From positions 4,047 through 64,048 of the forward strand of contig CAYPDV010000002.1 in assembly GCA_964409525.1 (NCBI GenBank): a DNA stretch of 60,002 nt, given 5' to 3'. The position numbers and the translations under genes were made by a program. Shown here in pieces: positions 53,070-60,002 of the stretch (position 1 is its first letter; every line of letters begins with the position of its first letter). Origin of the DNA: an uncultured Gemmatimonadaceae bacterium. Its GTDB lineage: Bacteria > Gemmatimonadota > Gemmatimonadetes > Longimicrobiales > Gaopeijiaceae. The notes beneath the pieces were generated by a model that saw only the letters and a program-made list of their open reading frames with translations, did no database searches and was not told where the DNA came from.

Positions 53070-54041
53070 TTACGAGCCGTCCTGCTCCGCCAGCGAGGCG
53101 TCGACCGCCTCCTGGAAGGCATCCTCCAGCGCCCTGGCCATCGCCCGCTCCTCCTCGAGGATCCGCTCGGCGGCGCGGACCGTCTCCGGATCGTCCGCGC
53201 GCTCGGCCACCCGGCGGAGCTGCTCGTATCCGCCGATCTCCAGGTGCTCGAAGGCGTAGGCGAAGGCGGCGAGCTTGCCGGGCGTGTCCGGGTGGCCGAG
53301 GAAGAACGTTCCCCACTCGAAGCCGCCGATCCGCATCGCGGCGTCCTTGAACAGCGACCGTTCGCCGCCGAGCGCGTCGAGGCGCTCCTCGACGAGCTCC
53401 TGCTGCGCGCGGGTCTCGGCGAGGTGGTCCTCGAACAGGCGCGCGAGCCGGGGGTGCTCGACCATGTCCGGCGCGGACTCGAGGAGCTGGATCGCCTGGG
53501 CCTCGATGGCGTGCGCGTCGGCGAGGTACTTCCGGAGCTGCTCCGTCAGGTCGTCGCGGGGCACGTCCCGGAGCGACGCCTCCACCGTCCCGTCGAAGAC
53601 CCCCTCGATCCGCTCCATCATGGTCCGCTCCTCGGAGCGGATCGAGCGCGCGGTCTCGGCCACGTCGGGCTCGCCGGCCCGCTCCGCCGTCCTGGCGAGC
53701 AGGTCGTAGGAGGCCCACTCGAGAGCCTCGTAGGAGTAGGCGTGCGAGGCCAGCTTGCCCGGCGTGTCCACCTGGGAGCGGGCGAAGAGGATGAACCCCT
53801 TTCCGCCGGCCGCCATCACGGCGTCCTTCATCCGCGAGGGCGAGGCGCCCCGCTCCTCCAGCAACGCCCGCACACGGCTCTCCTGCCGCTCGGTCTCCGC
53901 GAGGTGCCTCCGCAGCGCGTCGGCGAACGCCCCGTCGCCCGCGATCTCCGGCGCGGTCCTCAGCTGACTGAGCGCCTGCTCCTCGATGGAATGTGCGTCG
54001 GTGAGGTACTTCGTGAGCTGCTCTCTCATCTCGTTCGCCAC
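53070..54041 (-). CDS. Tandem-duplicated DUF892 (YciE/YciF ferritin-like) protein
   Basis: 323 aa. Two homologous halves, each beginning (L)TKYLTDAHSIEEQALSQL / LRKYLADAHAIEAQAIQLL and containing HLAET..Q and E..E.ASY / E..EIGGY di-iron-like motifs. Confidence 0.85.
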   Translation of the reverse strand: MANEMREQLTKYLTDAHSIEEQALSQLRTAPEIAGDGAFADALRRHLAETERQESRVRALLEERGASPSRMKDAVMAAGGKGFILFARSQVDTPGKLASHAYSYEALEWASYDLLARTAERAGEPDVAETARSIRSEERTMMERIEGVFDGTVEASLRDVPRDDLTEQLRKYLADAHAIEAQAIQLLESAPDMVEHPRLARLFEDHLAETRAQQELVEERLDALGGERSLFKDAAMRIGGFEWGTFFLGHPDTPGKLAAFAYAFEHLEIGGYEQLRRVAERADDPETVRAAERILEEERAMARALEDAFQEAVDASLAEQDGS

Positions 54042-54054
54042 GTCCGCTCTCCCG

Positions 54055-54561
54055 TCAGTCGGCGGCCGGCACGGACGCCGCCTGCCAGTCCACGTGATCC
54101 TTCGCGATCTCCTTGAGCCGCTCGTCGGCCCCTTTCGCCTCCGCGATGCATTCCTTCAGGAGCGAGGCGACCTCGTCCAGCCCGAGCATCTCGGACCAGG
54201 TGGCGGCCCCGCCGTAGGAGGCGATCTCGTAGTGCTCGATCTTCTGCACGGCGAGCAGGATCGCGGCGTCGCGGGCCTCCTCGGTCGTCGCCTCCTCCTC
54301 CATCTCGCGGGCCTCACGCAGGAGGCCGTCCATCCCGTGGCACTTCACGCCCCCCGGATCGATGTCGAGGATCTCCGCGCAGCGGCCGAGCCGCTCCACC
54401 TGCGCCCCCGTCTCCTCGACGTGCTTCTCGAGGGCCTCCCTCAGCGGATCGTCGGTGACCCGCTCGACGAGCCCGGGGCGGACGTTCCGGAGGTGGTTCT
54501 GGGCATCGTGGAGGTCGCGGATCTCGTGCTCGAGGAGGTCCCGGAGCGTGTTGATGGCCAT
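54055..54561 (-). CDS. DUF892 (YciF-like ferritin-like) protein
   Basis: 168 aa from ATG 54561. LRDLLEHEIRDLHDAQNH..., HVEETGAQVERL, QKIEHYEIASYG. Confidence 0.85.
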   Translation of the reverse strand: MAINTLRDLLEHEIRDLHDAQNHLRNVRPGLVERVTDDPLREALEKHVEETGAQVERLGRCAEILDIDPGGVKCHGMDGLLREAREMEEEATTEEARDAAILLAVQKIEHYEIASYGGAATWSEMLGLDEVASLLKECIAEAKGADERLKEIAKDHVDWQAASVPAAD

Positions 54562-54760
54562 CTCGTCTCCCGTCGTCGAATTCGGATCGTCGTCTCGGTC
54601 GCCCCGGCGCGTCGATGCGTCGACGCGGCCGGTGGATGGAGAGTGACGTTGCAGAATCCGCACCGCGGCCGGCGCTCGGGGACCATTGCGGCACGAGTCC
54701 GACCGGGGAATGTTGCGGCAGCGTAGCGGTGCCCCGTTTCTCCTTCCCGATCGCGCCCCG

Positions 54761-56026
54761 ATGCCGAAGCCGATGACCGTGGGTCTGGCCGCCATACCCG
54801 TCCTCGCGGTGGGGGCCGTCCTCCTCCGCCCCTCTCCCGAGGCCGTCACCTACCACCGGGACGTGAGCGGGATCGTGCAGGAGAACTGCGTCTCCTGTCA
54901 CCGGGACGGCGGCATCGCCCCCTTCTCGCTGGAGACGTTCGAAGCCGTGCGCGAGAAGGCCCCCCTCATCGAGATGGTCGTGACGGAGGGGCGCATGCCT
55001 CCCTGGTTCGCGAGCCCGGAGTACGGCGAGTGGGTGAACGACCGGAGCCTGGGCGAGCGGGAGCGCGAGGATCTCCTGGCGTGGATCGCCGCCGGGACAC
55101 CGGAGGGACGGGCCTCGCACGCGCCCCCGCCGCGGGAGTTCGTGGAAGGGTGGCAGCTCGGTGAGCCGCCCGACGTCGTCATCCCGATCCCGGAGGCGCA
55201 GGAGATCCCCGCCGAAGGCGTCGTGGCGTACCGCTACGTCTACGTGCGGACGGACTTCCCGGAGGACCGCTGGATCGCGAAGGCCGAGCTGCGCCCGACC
55301 GCGTCCGACGTGGCGCACCACTCGATCGTGTTCCAGGAGGGCCCCGACCAGGAGCACCGGGGCTCGGGCCCCTGGCTCGCCGGCTGGGCGCCGGGCGTGC
55401 CGCCGGCGATCTTCCCGGAGGGCACCGGGAAGCTGCTTCCCGCCGGCGGCTGGCTCATGTTCCAGCTCCACTACACGACCTCGGGAACGCCCGCCACCGA
55501 TCGCACGGAGCTCGCGCTCGTCTTCGCCGACGAGCCTCCGGAGCGCGAGGTGCGGACCCGGGCCGTCGGCACGACGGAGTTCGAGATCCCGCCGCACGCT
55601 TCGAACCACGAGGTGATCGCAGAGCTCGAATTCGAGGAGGAGGGCGAGATCCTCTCCCTCCTTCCCCACATGCACTTCCGGGGCAAGGCCTTCCGATACG
55701 AGCTCGTCCACGCCGACGGGAGCGAGGAGACGCTCCTGGAGGTGCCGGCGTACGACTTCAACTGGCAACTCTCCTACGAGGCCGCCGAGCCGATCCGCGT
55801 CGGACCGGGCACGACGCTCCGGGGACGGGCATGGTACGACAACAGCGCGGCGAATCCGGCGAACCCGGATCCCACCATCACCGTGACCTACGGAGAGCAG
55901 AGCTTCGAGGAGATGATGTTCGGGTTCTTCGAGTGGGTGCCGGCGCCGGCGTCCGACCCTGCGGCGGACGCGGCATCGGACCCCGCCCGGGGTCCCACGC
56001 GGGACGCGGCCCCGGCCGGAGACTGA
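54761..56026 (+). CDS. Heme-c-motif protein fused to a PHM/DBH-like copper monooxygenase fold
   Basis: 421 aa from ATG 54761 with a signal anchor. CVSCH heme-c motif. His patterns AHHSIVF ... LHYT (CuH-like) and PHMHFRG ... EEMMFGF (CuM-like). Confidence 0.75.
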   Translation: MPKPMTVGLAAIPVLAVGAVLLRPSPEAVTYHRDVSGIVQENCVSCHRDGGIAPFSLETFEAVREKAPLIEMVVTEGRMPPWFASPEYGEWVNDRSLGEREREDLLAWIAAGTPEGRASHAPPPREFVEGWQLGEPPDVVIPIPEAQEIPAEGVVAYRYVYVRTDFPEDRWIAKAELRPTASDVAHHSIVFQEGPDQEHRGSGPWLAGWAPGVPPAIFPEGTGKLLPAGGWLMFQLHYTTSGTPATDRTELALVFADEPPEREVRTRAVGTTEFEIPPHASNHEVIAELEFEEEGEILSLLPHMHFRGKAFRYELVHADGSEETLLEVPAYDFNWQLSYEAAEPIRVGPGTTLRGRAWYDNSAANPANPDPTITVTYGEQSFEEMMFGFFEWVPAPASDPAADAASDPARGPTRDAAPAGD

Positions 56027-56043
56027 GCCGCCCCGCAGAATGC

Positions 56044-56060
56044 TTGCACGGTCCGTGCAA
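56044..56060. promoter_or_regulatory. Perfect 7-3-7 palindrome TTGCACG-GTC-CGTGCAA upstream of the HPF-CSD gene
   Basis: Read directly from the sequence, 55 nt upstream of ATG 56116. Candidate operator site. Confidence 0.4.
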
Positions 56061-56115
56061 CCTTCTCCTCCCGGATGCGGGAACGTGAATCCCCCGAGAC
56101 GAGGAGTCGTGTGCC

Positions 56116-56727
56116 ATGGATGTGCCCCCGGAGATCGCGTTCAGGAACGTGGAGCCGACCGACGAACTGAAGCAGAAGGTGCTCGACGGGATCGAGAAGC
56201 TCGAGAAGGTCTACCCGAACCTCGCGAGCTGTCGCGTGATGATCGAGAAGACCGACCCCGCCGCGGCCGGGCGGCCGGGCACCGGAAAGCCGCACGTCCG
56301 GATCGATCTCAGAGTTCCGAACAAGGAGCTCGTGGTGAAGCACGACGCCCCCGCCCGCTCGAGCGGCCACGACCTGTCCCAGTGGATCGAGGGGGCGTTC
56401 GACGTGGCGCGCCGGCGGCTGCGTGACCTGAAGGGGCGGCAGAGCGATCGGCTCGATCATCAGGAGCTTCCGCCGCACGGCCGGGTGGTGCGGCTGCTCA
56501 CCGACGCGAACGGCGTCAACTACGGGTTCCTGCACTCCCGGGACGGCCGTGAGATCTACTTCCACGAGAACGCGCTCGTGGACCTCGACTACGACGACCT
56601 CGAGGTGGGCACCGAGGTGCGCTTCGCCGAGAGCCGGGGCGACGAGGGCCCGCAGGCCAGCACCGTGGCGCCGCTCGATCGGGACAAGATCGGGCCGCGC
56701 CAGGAGGAGGACGTGCCGCTCCAGTGA
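56116..56727 (+). CDS. Ribosome hibernation factor (HPF/RaiA, S30AE) N-domain fused to a cold-shock-like domain
   Basis: 203 aa. The N-terminus IAFRNVEPTDELKQKVLDGIEKLEKVY... is S30AE-like. The C-terminus GRVVRLLTDANGVNYGFLHSRDGREIYFHENAL...LEVGTEVRF is an OB-fold, CSD-like pattern. Confidence 0.75.
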   Translation: MDVPPEIAFRNVEPTDELKQKVLDGIEKLEKVYPNLASCRVMIEKTDPAAAGRPGTGKPHVRIDLRVPNKELVVKHDAPARSSGHDLSQWIEGAFDVARRRLRDLKGRQSDRLDHQELPPHGRVVRLLTDANGVNYGFLHSRDGREIYFHENALVDLDYDDLEVGTEVRFAESRGDEGPQASTVAPLDRDKIGPRQEEDVPLQ

Positions 56728-56737
56728 CCGCCCCTCC

Positions 56738-57511
56738 TCACTCCCTTTCGCGGTAGTAGCGTGCGAGCCAGTCGCTCAGCCCGTCCAGCCCGGGGAAGAG
56801 CACGCGCTCGGTGAGGTTGATCTGGTCGAGACGGTCGCGGATCTCCCACTTGAGGTCCGCCGGCACGACGATCCGGCGCCACCCGGTCCCGAGGTCGGAG
56901 AGCCACTCGTCCAGGCGGGCGCGCGGCGTCGACATCAGCGAGAAGAGCGACGCCTGGTTCACGATCCGGTCGTCGAGCGCCGGCGGCTCGAGGAAGAGGG
57001 GGAAGGGCGCCTCGGCGTGCCCCTCGAGCTCACCGAGCGACCCCGCGGCGGCCGTGAGCATCTCGCCGGTGAAGACGTCGGAGCCCTCCCGGTCCAGGAG
57101 GGTCCGGAGCGAAGCGGGCAGCTCGCCGTTCACCGCTCTGAAGCGGACCATCCAGACCTCGCCGTCCTCGTCCATCGCGTCGGGGTTCGCCGTCACGAAG
57201 TGGAGGGCCACGTAGGGCGAGTAGCTCCAGTCCGTCAGCCGCGTGGGGAGTCCGTGGTGCTGCGCCAGCGCCAGCCAGTTCCAGATGGAGTCGTCACCCA
57301 CGAAGCTGCGCCGGGCGTACTTGCGGAAGTTGCGCAGGAGGTGGCGCTCCTTGCCCGCGAGGTCTCCGCCGAGGCGCATGAGCCCGGTCTCGAGATTCCG
57401 CCCGCCCCGGGCTACGCCGCGAAAGGCGTGCTCCGAGCGGAACCTCTGCAGCTCCTCGTTCCACGATCCTTCGAAGAGGAGGGCGTCGAGCTCCCGCCAC
57501 CCGCGCGCCAC
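56738..57511 (-). CDS. FRG-domain protein
   Basis: 257 aa. HAFRGVA, LALAQHHGLPTRLTDWSYSPYVALHF and DDRIVNQASLF match the FRG domain pattern. Confidence 0.75.
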   Translation of the reverse strand: MARGWRELDALLFEGSWNEELQRFRSEHAFRGVARGGRNLETGLMRLGGDLAGKERHLLRNFRKYARRSFVGDDSIWNWLALAQHHGLPTRLTDWSYSPYVALHFVTANPDAMDEDGEVWMVRFRAVNGELPASLRTLLDREGSDVFTGEMLTAAAGSLGELEGHAEAPFPLFLEPPALDDRIVNQASLFSLMSTPRARLDEWLSDLGTGWRRIVVPADLKWEIRDRLDQINLTERVLFPGLDGLSDWLARYYRERE

Positions 57512-57534
57512 ACGAGCCGGCTCCTGCTCCCGGA

Positions 57535-58137
57535 TCAGGAGTGCTCCCGGACGTCGAGGACCTCACCGCTCGCCCAACCCTCCACGGCTCGTCGGTAGCT
57601 CCCGGCTACGGTGGCGGCGGGAAGGCCCTCCGACGGGTCCCGCCCCATCGACTCGAGGGTCTCGGACACCCAGGGCGGGCTCACCGCGTTGACGCGGATG
57701 CCACGGGGCACCTCGAGCGCAGCGGCCCGCACGAACGCCTCGACACCGGCGTTCACCACGCTGATGGCCGCGCTCCCCCGGATCGGCTCGGAGGCGAGCA
57801 CTCCGCTGGTCAGCGTGAAGCATCCGTCGTCCTCCACGTGCTCCAACCCCATGCGGACCAGGTTCACCTGCCCCATGAGCTTGTTGTCGAGGCTCGTCCG
57901 GAAGTCGTCGTCGCAGAGCTCGTCCAGCTCACCGAAGCGGGCCACGCCGGCGGTCGAGACGAGGGCACCGAAGCGGCCCACCTCCCGGTATAGATCCCGG
58001 ATGGAGGCGGCCGACGCCAGGTCCACCCGGTAATCGCCGCTCGTGTGGCCCACGACGACCACGTCGTGGCTCCGCCCGAGGTCGGCCACCACCGCGCTGC
58101 CGATCGTCCCGGTCCCGCCGATCACCACTACACGCAT
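57535..58137 (-). CDS. Short-chain dehydrogenase/reductase (atypical, 200 aa)
   Basis: ATG 58137. Rossmann motif VIGGTGTIGSAV. RVNAVSPPWV near the C-terminus. Confidence 0.8.
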   Translation of the reverse strand: MRVVVIGGTGTIGSAVVADLGRSHDVVVVGHTSGDYRVDLASAASIRDLYREVGRFGALVSTAGVARFGELDELCDDDFRTSLDNKLMGQVNLVRMGLEHVEDDGCFTLTSGVLASEPIRGSAAISVVNAGVEAFVRAAALEVPRGIRVNAVSPPWVSETLESMGRDPSEGLPAATVAGSYRRAVEGWASGEVLDVREHS

Positions 58138-58223
58138 CGTCGTCCCCCCGCTTGTCTCGTCCACCGGACTCCTCGCCCGCACTATGGATTCCGAGCCCGC
58201 ACGGGACGTGCCTCGCCGCCCCG

Positions 58224-59576
58224 TCACCCGCCCTCGCTGCTCGCCTCCCCGCCCTCCACCCCCGCCTGTGCGAGCAGGATCAGCAGGGCGCGCTGGATGC
58301 CGAGCGGGCCATCCTCGTTCCGGAACCACTCGTCCAGCGAGTGGGCGCCCCGACTCTCTCCGCCCCCGCCGATGGTCATGGCGGGGATGCCGAGGCTGAT
58401 GGGGATGTTCGCGTCCGTCGACGAGCGGCCGAGCTCCGGCTCGAGGCCGAGGTGGCGCGTCACGGCCGTCGCGCGCGCGACGAACGGGTGTTCCTCGGGG
58501 ATCTCCCCGGACGGCCGGAGACCGATCATGTCGAGCTCGACCGTGAGGGAGTCCCCCTCCCGCCGGAGCGCGTTCGCCTCCGTGAGCCCGCGGCGCATCG
58601 CGCTCCGGAAGACGGCGTCCAGCCGCTCCAGCCGCTCCGGGCTCTCCGAGCGCATATCCACCTCCGCCCACGCCTCGAAGGGAATGGAGTTGACCGAGGT
58701 ACCGCCCCCGATCCGCCCGACGTTGTAGGTCGTCTTGGGGCCCCCCGTGCGGGTGAGCACGTCCGCGAGGCCCACGAAGCCGTCGATCGCGTGCCCGAGG
58801 GCGTGCGCCGGATTGCCGAGTCCGAAGGCACCCCAGGAGTGGCCTCCCGGGCCCCGGAAGGTGGCGCGGTAGCGGTGCGAGCCCAGCGCCTGGTGCACGA
58901 TGCGGGCGGGGTCGGTCCCGTCGATCGAGATGAAGGCGTCGATCGGGGGGCCGTCATCCCGGAAGAGGTGCTTCACACCGCGGAGGTCACCGAGTCCCTC
59001 CTCGCCGACCGTGCCCACGAAGAGGATGTCGGCACGCGTCCGGACGCCCGCCTCGTTCATCGCCCGCAGCACTGCCAGCGTGGCGGCGAGCCCCCTCGCG
59101 TCGTCCGCGATGCCGGGGGCGAACAGCGTGTCGCCCGCCTCGCGGACGGTCACGTCCGTCCCTTCCGGGAAGACGGTGTCGAGGTGCCCGCTGATCGCCA
59201 CCACCTCGTCCGAGCCCGCGCCCCGTCGAAGACCCAGCACGTTGCCCTCGGCGTCGATCCAGACGGAGTCGACCCCCGCCTCCTCGAGCATCTGGCGGAA
59301 ACGCCCGGCCCGGGCGTCCTCCATGAAGGGGGGCGCGGGGATCTCGGTGAGCTCCCGGAGGTCGGCCATCGTGCGTGCGTCGTGCTCCTCGATCCATTCC
59401 ATCGCCCGCTGCACCTCGGATCGGGCCAGGAGCTCCTCGATCTCGGTGCCGGGATCGGGAGCCTGCGCGGCGGCGCCCGGCGGAGCCGCGGCCAGGATCG
59501 AGGCGGGTCCCAGGACGGCGAGCGCGAGGCCGAGCGCGTGGACGAGAGGGAGGGTGTGGCGGGGACTGCGATTCAT
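58224..59576 (-). CDS. M20-family metallopeptidase (tripeptidase/deacylase-like), secreted
   Basis: 450 aa from ATG 59576. Signal peptide. ISGHLDTV, GIADDARG, GEEGLGDL and GPGGHSWG motifs. Confidence 0.85.
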   Translation of the reverse strand: MNRSPRHTLPLVHALGLALAVLGPASILAAAPPGAAAQAPDPGTEIEELLARSEVQRAMEWIEEHDARTMADLRELTEIPAPPFMEDARAGRFRQMLEEAGVDSVWIDAEGNVLGLRRGAGSDEVVAISGHLDTVFPEGTDVTVREAGDTLFAPGIADDARGLAATLAVLRAMNEAGVRTRADILFVGTVGEEGLGDLRGVKHLFRDDGPPIDAFISIDGTDPARIVHQALGSHRYRATFRGPGGHSWGAFGLGNPAHALGHAIDGFVGLADVLTRTGGPKTTYNVGRIGGGTSVNSIPFEAWAEVDMRSESPERLERLDAVFRSAMRRGLTEANALRREGDSLTVELDMIGLRPSGEIPEEHPFVARATAVTRHLGLEPELGRSSTDANIPISLGIPAMTIGGGGESRGAHSLDEWFRNEDGPLGIQRALLILLAQAGVEGGEASSEGG

Positions 59577-59855
59577 GTCGGACGGGGGGCCGGAGAGGAG
59601 TGCCGTTCCGGTCTCCGGGGGGGGTTCGGGAACCGCGCCGGAGTCCGGTCTCGATGGACCCTCCATCCGCGGAAATGTGCCCGCCGGCGCCGCGGTCGAG
59701 GCGCGTTCGAGCCGCACGAGCCGACCTCGGAGTAGCCGGGGGTGAACCCGTCGCACGAGACAGGGCGGGGCACTCGCAAGGGAATGAAATCGCCGTGGAG
59801 AGTCCAGGCCGCGGGAAGGGCGTCGCCCGCAGAGGCGACCTCGACCGGATCCGAG

Positions 59856-59913
59856 ATCATCCCATCCGGATAGGCGATCATCCCATCCGGATACGCCATC
59901 ATCCCATCCGGAC
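59856..59913. repeat. Three tandem 21-nt direct repeats (ATCATCCCATCCGGATAxGCx) upstream of the M20 peptidase gene
   Basis: Copies start at 59856, 59877 and 59898, with the core ATCATCCCATCCGGA identical in all three. They lie about 280 nt upstream of the peptidase ATG (59576). Confidence 0.85.
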
Positions 59914-60002
59914 ATGGACAGGTTTCCGGAGCGCGCCGACGGAAGGATCCGGGATGCCGCCGGAATCGCTCCGACGGATGGGCTCCGGGGCCCGTGGAGT
60001 AG

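Noticed and set aside
56044-56060. Sigma-54 promoter upstream of the HPF-like gene (TTGCACG-N4-GTGCA resembles TGGCACG-N4-TTGCA)
   Set aside because: The invariant GG of the -24 element is TG here and the -12 element is GTGCA. The perfect dyad symmetry fits a dimeric operator better, so it is reported only as a palindrome.
1-60002. Mobile elements, prophage, CRISPR arrays, tRNA/rRNA genes, toxin-antitoxin pairs
   Set aside because: I recognised no transposase, integrase or recombinase-like translation, no spaced direct-repeat array and no tRNA-like cloverleaf in the short intergenic regions. The only repeats are the two 21-nt tandem arrays reported above.

Overview
Very GC-rich bacterial chromosomal segment (roughly 70% by eye, not computed). 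It probably comes from a diderm, given a TolC/RND efflux operon, MltA and lipobox lipoproteins. I found no rRNA, tRNA, CRISPR array or recognisable mobile element.

The left third (938-17115, + strand) is one tightly packed, mostly translationally coupled [NiFe]-hydrogenase supercluster. In order it encodes:
- hypF, hypC, a SIS-domain protein, a second hypC-like gene, a second SIS-domain protein, hypD and hypE
- a Tat-less small subunit
- FIVE tandem small single-pass membrane proteins
- the large subunit
- a degenerate protease-like protein, a Rieske-like protein and a canonical maturation endopeptidase
- a 4-TM protein and a winged-helix protein with a Cys/His-rich tail
- a CooC-type Ni-insertion ATPase interrupted by one in-frame TGA exactly at the first Cys of its CxC metal site, with a SECIS-like hairpin just downstream
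- a CSC/CSCC-motif membrane protein

No hypA or hypB is visible in the window.

Two signals stand out:
1. The small and large subunit genes are split by five membrane-protein ORFs. This matches what I recall for the recently defined group 1l (Hyl) high-affinity hydrogenases, whose TM proteins remain uncharacterised.
2. The CooC-like protein may be a selenocysteine-containing nickel chaperone.

The rest of the window is ordinary housekeeping and accessory content:
- a double ABC-2 transporter, YhbY, a truncated receiver remnant and a REC-PAS-PAS-HK-REC hybrid kinase
- an RND/MFP/TolC efflux operon, a retropepsin-like lipoprotein, a K+-channel-like protein and PEP carboxylase
- cell-envelope genes: a nucleotidyltransferase, a GT4 glycosyltransferase, an L,D-transpeptidase, an M50 protease and MltA
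- redox enzymes, a second kinase with a 21-nt coding repeat, PepP and a sulfatase
- three DUF892 ferritin-like domains, a heme-c/PHM-like copper protein, an HPF-cold-shock fusion, an FRG-domain protein, an SDR and an M20 peptidase

Many long ORFs in the six-frame track are GC-frame artefacts antisense to real genes.
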